The notes below the pieces were generated by a model. That model did no database searches, had not been told where the DNA came from, and saw only the letters and a list, made by a program, of their open reading frames with translations. A stretch of DNA of 64,000 nucleotides from an uncultured delta proteobacterium (GTDB lineage Bacteria > Desulfobacterota > Binatia > UBA9968): NCBI GenBank assembly GCA_963804165.1, contig CAWDPO010000017.1:1-64000 (forward strand), in the 5' to 3' direction. Below, one piece after another: positions 1 through 10,365 of the stretch. The number at the start of each line of letters is the position of its first letter. The first letter of the stretch is position 1. The translations under genes were made by a program, and so were the position numbers.

Positions 1-2
1 GC

Positions 3-86
3 AACAAAAAAAGGAAACTCACAGTTGAGATGATGCGATCTTTGCGCAAACGCCTCGCTATCCCCGCCGAATCGTTGCTGGCATAA
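3..86 (+). CDS. 3' end of a HigA-like HTH antitoxin/transcriptional regulator (partial, runs off window)
   Basis: Frame reads NKKRKLTVEMMRSLRKRLAIPAESLLA*, resembling the HigA C-terminus (KRxLTxxMIRxLxxxLxIPAExL). Confidence 0.6.
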   Translation, partial: NKKRKLTVEMMRSLRKRLAIPAESLLA

Positions 87-130
87 GTGGTAGAATCTTT
101 CGACAGTCACTACTTAACAGCTAAAAGCGG

Positions 131-175
131 ATTTGACCCCTTTTCTATGACCCCTTTTCTAACATGACCCCGAAA
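131..175. repeat. Tandem TGACCCC units (RAYT/REP-like element end)
   Basis: tttgacccc-ttttcta-tgacccc-ttttcta-aca-tgacccc-gaaaa. Confidence 0.6.
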
Positions 176-399
176 ATTTCTCGGGCTTGGATCAGCTACG
201 ATGATTGAGCAAGGTTGTTTTCCTGCCCACTCAAGCCGATTATAGTTGTATGAGACCGCCTTTATCGGATACGGTACGCCCAAATCGCCTAATAGAGGCT
301 GCTTCTTTTGGTCCGACTCGCTGTCGAGCTGTTGACAGCCGACTCGCAAGCGGCTGATGGAGCCGGGTCTCACTCGCGTCGAGTTCCGAAAAGCAAATT

Positions 400-601
400 C
401 CCATCATTTCATGTTTCACCGTGGGTCGGGTCGATCTACGTCTACGTTGAAGACGTAGATGCGGTGTACGGCCGAGCCATTCGACTTGGAGCCAAGAGCA
501 TCGTCCCGCCAGAAGAAATACAATACGACGAGCGCCAAGCGAGCATCATCGATCCAGAAGGTAACACGTGGTGGGTGTCGACTTACAAGCAGATGCAATA
601 A
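400..601 (+). pseudogene. VOC/glyoxalase (PhnB-like) protein, C-terminal part only
   Basis: SIYVYVEDVDAVYGRAIRLGAKSIVPPEEIQYDERQASIIDPEGNTWWVST; upstream part of ORF 308..601 does not look homologous; 5' boundary approximate. Confidence 0.65.
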
Positions 602-675
602 TTGTGTGACTTGAAACAAAGCGCTCTGAGCGTTCGGCGGCAACACGAAGTGAAGCAAGAGATAGAGGGAACGAG

Positions 676-1082
676 ATGGATAGGGATCGCATAGCACAAA
701 ATCTGGCGGCTGTGGAGAGCCACTTCCACAGCGAAGCGCTGAATGAGATCGAAACGGCGCTCGAGACTTTCACTGACGACATCGTTTGGGAAGCACCTGC
801 CCCGAATGGCCTTAATCGATCTTTTTCCGGGAAGGAAGCTGTCCCAGTTTCCCGGGAACTCTTAGCGTCCATGCGTGATGTAAAGTTCCAGTTTCTTCAG
901 CGCTTCGCTACCGAAGAGCGTGTGGTGGATGACAGCATCGTCACGTTCGAGGTGGCGAAAGAAGTGGATACTGGCATTTTCCAATCGGCAGCAAGATTGA
1001 AATGCGGCTGGTTCACATCTTTGAGATGCGAGACGGGAAGATCTCACGGGAGATTGTCTTCGACATGGGTCGCACTGTGTAA
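676..1082 (+). CDS. SnoaL/NTF2-like protein, frameshifted near 965
   Basis: N-part ETFTDDIVWEAP...DDSIVTF; continues in another frame as GYWHFPIGSKIEMRLVHIFEMRDGKISREIVFDMGRTV* (stop 1080-1082). Confidence 0.75.
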
Positions 1083-1225
1083 TCTATGCAGATGTACCGC
1101 CGCCGAGCGTCCCAAAGGCAAATTCCTATCACCTGAAGGGCGCCGAGACGAGGTGACGGTGTCGGTGCTGATTACCGTCGGCACCGGCGATTTGAAGTGC
1201 TCTTTCATTCGACAGGAGACAGGCC

Positions 1226-2451
1226 ATGAGCAGCACACCCAAGGTTCTGATGATCGTGACGCTCGACACCAAGGCGGTGGAAGCGCAATTCGTCCGGCAG
1301 ACACTGGAGGCCGAAGGGGTGGACGTAATTCACCTCGACGCCAGCATCCGCGACTCGACCGATCCCAACGTCGAGATCGCGCCGGAGGCCATCGCCGCGG
1401 CGGCCGGCAAGACGATCCAGGAGGTTCGTGACCTGCGTCATGAAGGCAAGTGCCAGGCGGTAATGATCGAAGGCGCCGTCAAGTGCGCGCTGGAAGCCCA
1501 GGCAAAGCATGGCTTTGCCGGCATCATCGGTGTGGGCGGATCGATGGGCACCACGCTCGGCAGCGTCGTGATGCAGGCGTTCCCGTACGGCCTGCCGAAG
1601 GTGATGGTGTCGACGATGGCATCGGGCTTCACCCGGCCGTTCGTCGGCGCGAAGGACATCATCATGGTGAATCCGGTATGCGACATCGCCGGGCTCAACA
1701 GCATCACCCGCGACGCGTTCCGCAACGCGGCGATCGCCACCGCCGCGATGGCGAAGAGCTACTCGCCGGTGCGCGCCGAATCGAAGCCGCTGGTCGCGAT
1801 GACGACTCTTGGGACCACCGATCGCTGCACCGTGCGCGTGCGCAAGTCGCTGGAGAGCAAAGGCTACGAGGTGATGGTGTTCCACACGCTCGGTACCGGC
1901 GGCATGGCGATGGACCAGATCGTACGCAGCCAGACGTCACTGCGGTCGTTGACGTGTCGCTGGTCGAGATTAACGATTATCTGAACAACGGAATGTTCGA
2001 GCACCGGGCCGGACCGCGCCAAAGCGGCATCGAGAAGGGCGTGCCGGTGATCTTCGCGCCGGGCAACGCGGACTTCATGCTGTCCGGACCCATCGACATG
2101 GCGAAGACGCAATTCCCGAACAAGCGTTATCACATCCACAACCAGGCAATCACTGCGGTACGCACCGAGGCTGGCGAACTGCAGAAGTTGGCGAAGCACA
2201 TGGGTGGCCTGATCGCCAGCGCCAAGGGGCCGGTCTCGTTCTTCGTGCCGCTGAAGGGCTTCTCGCACCACGACAGCCCCGAAGGGCATTTGCACGATCC
2301 GTCGCTGTGCCCGGTGTTCTCGGAAGCGCTGAAGAAGGCCCTGCCGTCGTCCGTGCCGGTGACCGAGTTCGACTGCCACATCAACGATCCGCGGTTCGCC
2401 GAGGCGATCGTCGAGCAGGTCTTGGCCTTGACCCAGAATAATGCCGGTTAG
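1226..2451 (+). CDS. Tm-1-like ATP-binding protein (UPF0261), frameshifted near 1925
   Basis: TLDTK, GGSMGT, LPKVMVST, DIAGLNSI, VFHTLGTGG in ORF 1226..1984; C-part PGNADF..HIHN..RT..PLKGFS..HINDPRF in ORF 1450..2451. Confidence 0.85.
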
Positions 2452-2578
2452 TTTGAGAGTTCCGATGCTCTTTGGAAAATATCGCAACACCTTGAATGGA
2501 CCTCCGCGCGGTCCCGCGTTGGTCAGCAACGAAATCAACGACCCGCAATCGCTGGAATTTCAACCCGCGGGAATTAAT

Positions 2579-2628
2579 GGGGTCGCGTCTTGCCTTGCGA
2601 CAAATGTGTGATTGCAAGACCTGGCCCC
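2579..2628. repeat. REPIN-like imperfect palindrome with GGGG(T/C)C ends
   Basis: ggggtcgcgtcttgc...gcaagacctggcccc; the two 15-nt arms match 12/15. Confidence 0.6.
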
Positions 2629-2762
2629 AGCGGCTATCGCGATAACTGCAAACGCCGCGTATGGAGCATGGCGGCGCGTGACAGCGTAAGATTCTTGCGG
2701 TCTTTCCCTCAACGGTTTGAGTCGGGGATTCGAGCTAGAATCCAGATTCAGGCCTGACCCCC

Positions 2763-3060
2763 TCAACTCCTTGATTCATTTGAAAAACAAAGAACCGTTC
2801 GCATTTGCCGGATTGTGGGACTCTTGGCGTAGCGTGGAATTAGGTGATGTGGTCCACACCTTTACGATCATTACGACTGAGGCGAACTCGTTGCTGCGCC
2901 CGATTCACAACCGAATGCCGCTGATCTACGACAGGGAGACGGGTAAGCAATGGCTTGAGCAGAGCTTTGACAGTCGGGCGATGAATCTGGCGGCCGTGCT
3001 TCGTCCATGGCCGGCAGAGCTAATGGAAGTGCAGGATGTTTCTGATTTAGTAAATTGGCC
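2763..3060 (+). pseudogene. SOS response-associated peptidase (SRAP/YedK) fragment
   Basis: EPFAFAGLWDSW...TFTIITTEANSLLRPIHNRMPLI; N-terminus missing; begins right after a cctgacccc end (2753-2761). Confidence 0.8.
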
Positions 3061-3221
3061 TAGTCTTCTCGCTAGTCTTCCTCACGAGAGCAACGAGGGG
3101 CTTCTCGTCCAGGACCATCGTTGCTCTCGACCGCGAGGTACCGAAGAGTTTCGACTATTTCCGCCGGATCTGTATATTGCCTCCTTCGAGCTTGTGCTCA
3201 CCAGAGTTGGAACACAGCATA

Positions 3222-4228
3222 GTGTCAGGCTTTCATATTGCATTATTGTAATTGGCTAACCAATAATTTTTCTCTCTCGCGATCGCGATTTGCCGCATAA
3301 GCAGAATACAATCGGCTGATGATCGATGAATCACGATGCAAACGCTTGCCGATTTCCTTAACAGTGACTCTACCCCACTCCCGCGCTAGATAAACCAACA
3401 TGGACCTCGCCCGTATCCACTTCCGTTGACGCCCGGCTTGGACTAAATCCCGTTCGGTCGCGCCATAGACTTCGGCCGTCAACCGCAGCAATTCTGTAAA
3501 TCGCGCTCTTGGACCAGGGACATCGATTTCCCTTTCCGCGCGAATCCGCTTGTCGATCTGTTCGACAAACTTTCCATCGCCTAAGAATCTCTGATCCCGC
3601 AGATCATAATAGTCCGCTCGATGTCCCGCTCCTTTGCCCTCCGCCATGAATTTCAAATAAGCTCGCCTGGCTTGGCCCATCGAAGTAGCCAACGCTCCTA
3701 AAACCATCTCGAACTCCACCTTAACCGCACTCCTCTTGCCCAAATACGCCCCATGGCTGCTCCACCGGTACATCCAGGGATCTATCGGTACGCGCATCCG
3801 TCCCGGGTTAAGGTGTAAATAGCGGACCAACTCCAATAAATACGCCTGGCGGTCGCACAAAATAGCTTTGTAGCGTCCTTGAAAAAGATGGCCGACTTTT
3901 TTGTATCGCCGGTTGTAGTATCCCGTATACCTGAACTGTAATCCCTGCATGATCTTGGATAATCCGACCTCGCCGGTTTCGATCAGCAAATGAACGTGGT
4001 TGCTCATCAGCACATAGGCATAAATCCTAAAACCGTAGCGTTGCCGGTACTCCTCGAGTCGCTCCAAATAACATTCCCGGTCTGCAGCGCTGCGAAATAT
4101 CACTTGGCGCTGATTGCCCCGGCAAATCACATGGTAAAATGCTCCCGCGTATTCCACTCTTGGTTTCCGCGCCATCACCGCCTTCCTACGACAGTCTGGC
4201 CCAATAAGTCAATATGAAAGCCTGACAC
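3222..4228 (-). mobile_element. HUH (Y1/RAYT-type) element bounded by 27-bp terminal inverted repeats
   Basis: Left 3222-3248 gtgtcaggctttcatattgcattattg; right 4202-4228 revcomp gtgtcaggctttcatattgacttattg (outer 19 bp identical, 25/27 overall). Confidence 0.85.
3243..4178 (-). CDS. REP-associated tyrosine transposase-like HUH endonuclease with C-terminal DnaA-C-like HTH
   Basis: YHVICRGN, NHVHLL (HUH), GHLFQGRYKA, YLHLNP (catalytic Tyr), WSS; C-term ARSMLVYLAREW...EIGKRLHRDSSII. Confidence 0.92.
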   Translation of the reverse strand: MMARKPRVEYAGAFYHVICRGNQRQVIFRSAADRECYLERLEEYRQRYGFRIYAYVLMSNHVHLLIETGEVGLSKIMQGLQFRYTGYYNRRYKKVGHLFQGRYKAILCDRQAYLLELVRYLHLNPGRMRVPIDPWMYRWSSHGAYLGKRSAVKVEFEMVLGALATSMGQARRAYLKFMAEGKGAGHRADYYDLRDQRFLGDGKFVEQIDKRIRAEREIDVPGPRARFTELLRLTAEVYGATERDLVQAGRQRKWIRARSMLVYLAREWGRVTVKEIGKRLHRDSSIISRLYSAYAANRDREREKLLVSQLQ

Positions 4229-4254
4229 CAAGCTGCGTGTGACACCAAGCTGCG

Positions 4255-4697
4255 TCCGTTTCCAGTATCTCGAGAAGGGACGTGAGGCGTGCGACGCTCT
4301 GATAAACCGAATACCGGATCCGCTCAGACGCGAACGCCGGCGCGACGTCATTCACAACGGCGTAGAGGCCCGAGAATTCAAAACCGCCGTGCGCATGTGG
4401 GAAGTGCTGCTGACGGATATGGAAAGAACACTCGGCGGCAGCCGTTGGCTCGCGGATGACAACTACTCGCTCGCGGACGCGGCTTATACGCCTTACCTCA
4501 CTCGACTCGATCATCTGAACCTCCTCGACTGGATCGCAAAACGTCCGCGCCTTGCAAACTGGTACGAACGGATACGTGCTCGGCCCAGCTATGACAGCGC
4601 AGTAGGACGATGGGAAAACCGCGAGTATATCGATCTCATGAAGACGAAGGGCGGTGAGGTGTGGCCGAGAATCAAGCGAATGATTGACGAGCTGTAA
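4255..4697 (+). pseudogene. Glutathione S-transferase, C-terminal domain only
   Basis: MERTLGGSRWLADDNYSLADAAYTPYLTRL...RPRLANWYERIRARPSY; no N-terminal thioredoxin domain; abuts the RAYT end. Confidence 0.75.
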
Positions 4698-4859
4698 AAA
4701 TAGGCTTGGGGGAGGCGTGACAATGTGCGGAACGTCTGATATTCGATCAGCGGCGCATTCTCAATTCGATGTCTGCTCGCCCTATGTGAGTCGGGTCTCC
4801 GTCACCTCTAGTGTTTGCTCCTGCCTCTTTCTGACTACTAATCGGACTACTGACGACTA

Positions 4860-5858
4860 TCACTTGATCACCTTATCCGCCCGGTACAGCACCGACTGTG
4901 GAATCGTGAGGTTGAGCGCTTTCGCTGTCTTGAGATTGATCACCAACTCGAATTTCGTGGGCTGCTCCACCGGCAAATCGGCTGGTTTGGCGCCTTTGAG
5001 AATTTTGTCCACGTAGATAGCTACGCGCCGATAGCCGTCCGCGACGTCCCGGCCGTAGGACATGAGCCCACCAGCTTCTACAGCTTCTCTGCTGAAGTAC
5101 ACCGACGGTAGCCGGCTCTTTAACGCAAAGCCCGCGATTCGTTTTCGGTTAGGACGCATTACCGGGCCCGCGGTGAACGCGTAGAGTCCATCCGGGCGCT
5201 GCTTGTTTAGCGCAGCAAAGACCTTCTCGAAGTCGTCCACCGCTCGTATCTCCCAAGGTTGAATAGTCAGCTTTAGCGCACGCGCGTCGGCTGGGAGAAG
5301 CTCTTTTACCTGGTGTAAACTGGGCGGATCGGCCGGATCGTAGAGAACCGCGACATGGGCAAGTTTGGGAACCGCTTCTTTGAGCAGCTCCAGCCGCTTC
5401 CCGCCTAGTTCTATGTTAAGGGCTGTGAGGCCGGTGACGTTGCCGCCGGGACGAGCAAGGCTTTCAACCAGGCCTGCCCTAACAGGATCGGACCCAACGC
5501 CGACCATGACGATGGGAATCGTCTTGGTTGCATTCTTGGCCGCCCGGATCCACGGGTCCCCTGACGCTACCACGATGATATCAACCTTCAGACGCACCAG
5601 CTCCGCCGCATGCTCAGGGGCCCGATCGGGCCTCCCCTCCGCATATCGGTATTCGATGGCGATGTTCTGTCCTTCTATGTAGCCAAGCTCGCGCAGAGCT
5701 AGCCGAATTCCCTCGGCGCGGGCGGAGTCAGTAGCTGCATCGGTATTTGATAGATACCCTAACCGAGAGACTTTCTTCGGCTGCTGCGCCTCAGCGATGG
5801 TAATCGCACTGACAAGAAAGATCGTGAGCAGCCCGAGGATCATGTTGTTCATGGGCAT
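4860..5858 (-). CDS. ABC transporter substrate-binding protein (ABC_sub_bind family)
   Basis: LRELGYIEGQNIAIEYRYAEG, TIPIVM, SLARPGGNVTG, GAKPADLPVEQPTKFELVINLKTAKAL; likely start ATG 5858 after aggag RBS; signal peptide. Confidence 0.92.
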   Translation of the reverse strand: MPMNNMILGLLTIFLVSAITIAEAQQPKKVSRLGYLSNTDAATDSARAEGIRLALRELGYIEGQNIAIEYRYAEGRPDRAPEHAAELVRLKVDIIVVASGDPWIRAAKNATKTIPIVMVGVGSDPVRAGLVESLARPGGNVTGLTALNIELGGKRLELLKEAVPKLAHVAVLYDPADPPSLHQVKELLPADARALKLTIQPWEIRAVDDFEKVFAALNKQRPDGLYAFTAGPVMRPNRKRIAGFALKSRLPSVYFSREAVEAGGLMSYGRDVADGYRRVAIYVDKILKGAKPADLPVEQPTKFELVINLKTAKALNLTIPQSVLYRADKVIK

Positions 5859-6272
5859 TCCACTCCTAACGCAACGGATATGCCACAAACCGGAGCCGAT
5901 GAAAATCAATAATTTATTCAGAAAAGGAGTGGCCAGCTGCCGCAATTTGACGACGGGGGCGTATCAAGTTTGATCCAGCAACCGACAGGAAACGTGTGCT
6001 TCCAGGCTCTAGAGACATTGAGTGATGAGGGTTGACGGCTTGACTGTCGAAATTTTCGGGGTCAGGCCCGCACGTCTAAACAATTTGGTGGATACCCTCG
6101 CGATTCGGTTAATCGTGCAAAAGCTCAGAGTGACTCTGATCCGACTTACACTCTGAACTGTCAATCGGGTTATTCTCCGGGTCCGTGCTGAGTCCTGGGT
6201 CCTGCGGAACTTCAACTCCGGCGACATTTCGGTTTTTTGTCGGCACCACGCGGCTGCGAAAAATACCTTCTC

Positions 6273-7229
6273 TCAGAGGACAACGGGTTTCTCGACCAGG
6301 CTTTCGGTAACGAATGGGAAATTGTCCGCGAGCCAAGCGTCGATCCCGCCTTCGAGCGGGCGAACCCTGGTGATTCCTTTGGCTCGCAGCAGCAGCGCCA
6401 CACGGGCGCTGGTCGCTTCGTTGGGTCACGAACAGTAGAGAACGACGTCGCGATCCCGGGGAATCTCTGCGTGGCGCTCTTCGATCTCTTCCATAGCTAT
6501 ACGAAGCGCGCCCGGGATCATTTGAGGAAACGCCTCGATATCCATGGGCTGGCGCAAGTCCACGATTGAAATGTTTTCTTGGGCCGTGAGTTTGTCCATG
6601 AGTTCTTTCGGAGTGATGCGCGCAATCCGCAGCCGACGAAGGAAGCGTCGGCGCTGGATGAACTTCCACAAAACATAAGCTGCCAAACTTCCGGCCAGGA
6701 CTGCGACCAGCCAACCGCCCCAGCGCAGTGCGATCTGCTCGAGTTGATCGCTGAAAATCAAGCCCAAGCTCATGACGGTGACGACCCAGAGGAGTCCGCC
6801 CAGGGAATCGAAGATCATGAAACGTCCCACGGGCATGCGAAAGATTCCCGCTAGAGACGGTGCCGCGGTATTCAGGCCGGGTATAAATTTGGCGACGAGC
6901 AAAGAATGGACGCCATGCCGGACGAAAAGGTTCTCAGTCCGCCGAACGCATGAGTCCGGTTCGAGAGAAATGCGGCACAGTAGCTTCAGTATGCGGCCGC
7001 CGCGGTAACGGCCTAGAGAGTACCAGAACAGGTCAGCCAAAATAACCGCGATGAACGCCAAGGCGACCGCGAACGTCAAATTCATTTTGCCGGCACGGGC
7101 CAGCGCGCCGGCCGCGATCAACAGAGGAGCAGCCGGGATAGGCAGACCCAGCTGTTCGAGCAGCACCCACCCGAACAGCAGAGCGTAGCCGTGCCTGATC
7201 AGGAAGTCGGCCGCTTGTTCCAGGCTCAA
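6273..7229 (-). CDS. DedA (VTT) + rhodanese-domain membrane protein, predicted selenoprotein (TGA 6426-6428 = Sec)
   Basis: DedA motifs EQLGLPIPA, AKFIPGL; rhodanese continues through the TGA as YCS-U-PNEATSARVALLLRAKGITRVRPLEGGIDAW...VVL* (stop 6273-6275); typical family motif YCxCPNE; may be fused to upstream gene, own start uncertain (TTG 7229 or CTG 7223). Confidence 0.85.
6393..6425 (-). promoter_or_regulatory. Bacterial SECIS-like hairpin after TGA 6426-6428
   Basis: UGA-14 nt-CAGCGCC-CGUGU-GGCGCUG: perfect 7-bp stem, loop 21 nt from UGA, G at loop position 2. Confidence 0.7.
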
Positions 7230-7631
7230 ATCCTTGAAGGACCTGGCCGCCTCGGGCAATACGCTCGCAAAAAAGAAGCTCAGGACAGTTAATATCAGCG
7301 CCGCAATCGCCGATTCGACATAGATCCAACGAGCCTGGGACCGGAGTCGTTTCTCGCTGCCTTCATCTCCGACCGGCTCTTCGGTGCCGTTCATCTTGCG
7401 CGCGCCGCGCGCGGCCAAAGCGACTCAGGTCTTTTTGCGAGCCTGGGAAACAGCGAGAGTTCCTATCCAGAACGGCAGAAATAGCGCCGCATACCACCCG
7501 CGGCTTACATCTGCATGCGCGAAAATGACCGCCAGGACGACGCCCATGGCGAGCATGGCGACACCCATGATCAGGCGCTTACGGGTTTCCTTCGGCCCGA
7601 TATTGGCGAGCTCTGCTTTTCCGACGTTCAT
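7230..7631 (-). CDS. Small membrane protein, predicted selenoprotein (TGA 7425-7427), in frame with the DedA-rhodanese gene
   Basis: ANIGPKETRKRLIMG-(2 TM)-QARKKT-U-VALAARGARKMNG...RSQARWIYVESAIAALILTVLSFFF; no other stop in this frame until the second TGA at 6426. Confidence 0.7.
7398..7424 (-). promoter_or_regulatory. Bacterial SECIS-like hairpin after TGA 7425-7427
   Basis: UGA-12 nt-GCGCGC-GGC-GCGCGC; loop 18 nt from UGA, starts with G. Confidence 0.6.
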
Positions 7632-7975
7632 CGAAACCTACCGGTGCTTTTATTCATTTTTTCGATCTCCGCTCGGGTTTCACTCTTAATAGCCGACATT
7701 CGTACATCCGGCTAGAGTGGCGTGAGCAGACCAGCCATATTTGTCTTTCTCTTTAGCAAGTGAATATGTCTCCCCGGGTCGTAGCAGCGCATATGTCCCG
7801 TCTGATCCCGTCTGAACCGAATCTTTAAGATACGACCGCGTTTGGCCGGGGCACAGTCTCAAGGGGTTCGATTTCGAAAACTCGAAGAACTAGCCCGAGA
7901 AAACGGTTTGAACATTTTGAACGGAGTGAAGCTTGAACGGGCTGCGTTATTTTATGAAAGATTCTAAAGAGTCCC

Positions 7976-8004
7976 TTGACACCTAAATTCTTCTGGAATA
8001 ATTT
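7976..8004 (+). promoter_or_regulatory. Sigma70-like promoter of the molybdoenzyme operon
   Basis: TTGACA-17 nt-TAATTT, about 40 bp upstream of ATG 8044. Confidence 0.55.
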
Positions 8005-8043
8005 TCGCGTGTACTTTAACAAGGCACGCTCGGGCATGGAAGC

Positions 8044-10365
8044 ATGACGACACCAGCGGACACCCGTAACCTCATCTCTCCAACTACTGAGCCCCGCTTC
8101 GACCTAAGAGATAAAGTCACCGGTCAGACAAGATACGTAGAGGACCTGCCGGCCCCTGCGGGCACGGCCTGGGCTGCCATGCTGCTCAGTCCGTACTCGC
8201 ACGCGCGCCTCCTCTCCATCGACTCTTCCAAAGCAGAGAAACTTCCCGGGGTCGTTGCGATATTGGACCGGGAACATCTTGACGGCCTGAGTCCCATGCT
8301 TCACACGCCTAGATATGAGTACATGGTCAAAACGTTGTCCGGTCTGCTGCCCGATGATCAGCCCTTGGTGGTTCTCGATAAGGTGCGCTTTCATGGCGAG
8401 TTGGTTGCCGCCGTGGCCGCCGATGACTTGCGCACCGCGGAAAAAGCCGTGGAGTTGATCGAGGTCAACTACGAGCCGATGGAACCCGTCTTCGATGCCG
8501 CCGCGGCGCTCAGCGCGTCTGCGCCGATTCTTCATGAAAGTAAAGGAACCAATCTGTTGTTGGAAGACAAATTGGAATGGGGCAACGTGGAACGCGGTTT
8601 CGGCGAAGCGGCGCGCATTTTCGAGGAAACCTACACGTCACCCTCCATGTTCCATCATCCCATGGAAAATGTCGGCGGGTGTGTCGCCCAATTTTTGAAC
8701 GACGAGGCCGTCATTTGGGGGACAACGGACGCGCCTTTTCGCGACAGCGATGAGATGGCGGACTTTTTTCGAATTGATCGCGAGCGCATGCGTTTCAGGG
8801 TGCCGTACGTCGGCGGCCATTTCGGAGCCAAAAACGTGACCAACTACATGCTCGCCGCGCTGTTTCTTTCGCGCAAAAGCGGGCGTCCCGTGAAAACGCT
8901 GCCGACCACGGAAGCCAGCTTCCGAACCACCGCCCGTCACGGCATGATCTACACGGCCAAAGCAGGCGTGAAATCCGACGGAACGCTCACGGCGCTCGAT
9001 GTCGAGATGATTATCGATACCGGTGCCTATACCACGGGCGCGGTTTTGGCGACGCACAATATGGTCATTTCGGCCTGGGGCTGCTACCGCATCCCCAACG
9101 TGCGCATCAAGGCGCGCTGCGCCTACACCAATAAAGTCCCTGCGAGCCACACACGCGCGACCGGCAAGTTTCAAACGACTTGGGCCGTTGAGTGCCTGAT
9201 CGACAGCGTCGCCCGAAAGATGGGTATCGATCCTACGGATTTCAGAAAGAAAAACGTTCTGCGCCGGGGCGACCTCGTCGTTGAGGGAGCGCCGCCGATG
9301 GACGCCGACTACCTGGAGATGATGGACAAGGCGACGGCGGCGATCAACTGGGATGGACATTCCTCCATGGAGCCCCAGAGCCGGTCAGACTCGAACTCGC
9401 TGTCTCTGCCCGCGAAAGGAAGAGCCCTGGTCCTCACTTTGAGAAATGGCAATCAGGGAGGCGGACGGGCTTACGCCATGGCCACCGTCGATGTTCGCGG
9501 CAACGTCAAGATCCATCACAACGCCCCTGATCCGGGCCAAGGAATCTACAATTTAATCTCAATCATTGCCGCGAAAACTCTGGAGCTGCCGCGCAGCCAA
9601 ATCATCGTTGGCGAGCCGGACACGGCCGTCAGCTTGCCCTTCAGCGGCGTCAATGCCCAACGAACCACGATTCAATTGGGAAATGCCGTCAAGAACGCTT
9701 GTGAAAATTTGCAGCAGGAATTGGTCAACGTCGCCTGCGAAACCAAAGGGGGAAATCCGAGCGAGTGGCGGGTCGCAGACGGTCGATTATGGCGCGCCGA
9801 ACAGAGCTTTTCCTTCGGTGACATAGCAGCCGGCATCAAGACCCTTGGCGATAACTCCGTATTGAAAGCCATCGGCTCTTACAGCCCGCCGTCGGGCCGA
9901 AGTGCTTTTGGCGGCTTGGACCACTGGGCGGCGAGTGCGGCAGCCGTGGAGTTGGAAGTCGATCGTGAGACCGGGGAGATCAAGGTGCTGCAATATTCCG
10001 TGGTGTCGGACGCGGGGAAGGTGCTTCATTTCAATTCAGCCAAGGGACAGCTCGAGGGAGGCGCCGTGATGGGTTTCGGTCACGCGCTATTCGAAGAGAC
10101 CGTATATCAAGACGGACAGTTATTGAATGGCGACCCGTTTCAATATCGGCTGCCGACCATGGAGGATATTCCGGAGAATTTCCGCACGATCATCCTCGAG
10201 AACGAAGACGGCCCGGGGCCCTTCGGCGCCAAGGGGATGTCGCAGACCTCGATCACGGCGGTCGCGCCGGCCGTCGGCAATGCCGTTTACGACGCCCTCG
10301 GGGTCCGCATAAGATCGGTGCCGATCACCCCGGAAAAAATTCTGAAAGCTCTAGGGAAAATCTAA
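8044..10365 (+). CDS. Xanthine dehydrogenase/CoxL-family molybdopterin-binding subunit
   Basis: DKVTGQTRY, SPYSHARL, VGGHFGAK, GQLEGGAVMGFG, GPFGAKG, VPITPEKIL; no CODH AYRCSFR motif. Confidence 0.92.
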   Translation: MTTPADTRNLISPTTEPRFDLRDKVTGQTRYVEDLPAPAGTAWAAMLLSPYSHARLLSIDSSKAEKLPGVVAILDREHLDGLSPMLHTPRYEYMVKTLSGLLPDDQPLVVLDKVRFHGELVAAVAADDLRTAEKAVELIEVNYEPMEPVFDAAAALSASAPILHESKGTNLLLEDKLEWGNVERGFGEAARIFEETYTSPSMFHHPMENVGGCVAQFLNDEAVIWGTTDAPFRDSDEMADFFRIDRERMRFRVPYVGGHFGAKNVTNYMLAALFLSRKSGRPVKTLPTTEASFRTTARHGMIYTAKAGVKSDGTLTALDVEMIIDTGAYTTGAVLATHNMVISAWGCYRIPNVRIKARCAYTNKVPASHTRATGKFQTTWAVECLIDSVARKMGIDPTDFRKKNVLRRGDLVVEGAPPMDADYLEMMDKATAAINWDGHSSMEPQSRSDSNSLSLPAKGRALVLTLRNGNQGGGRAYAMATVDVRGNVKIHHNAPDPGQGIYNLISIIAAKTLELPRSQIIVGEPDTAVSLPFSGVNAQRTTIQLGNAVKNACENLQQELVNVACETKGGNPSEWRVADGRLWRAEQSFSFGDIAAGIKTLGDNSVLKAIGSYSPPSGRSAFGGLDHWAASAAAVELEVDRETGEIKVLQYSVVSDAGKVLHFNSAKGQLEGGAVMGFGHALFEETVYQDGQLLNGDPFQYRLPTMEDIPENFRTIILENEDGPGPFGAKGMSQTSITAVAPAVGNAVYDALGVRIRSVPITPEKILKALGKI

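Noticed and set aside
620-645. Possible attC half-site (gcgctctgagcgttcggcgg) before the SnoaL gene
   Set aside because: No matching R''/L'' arm found; too weak
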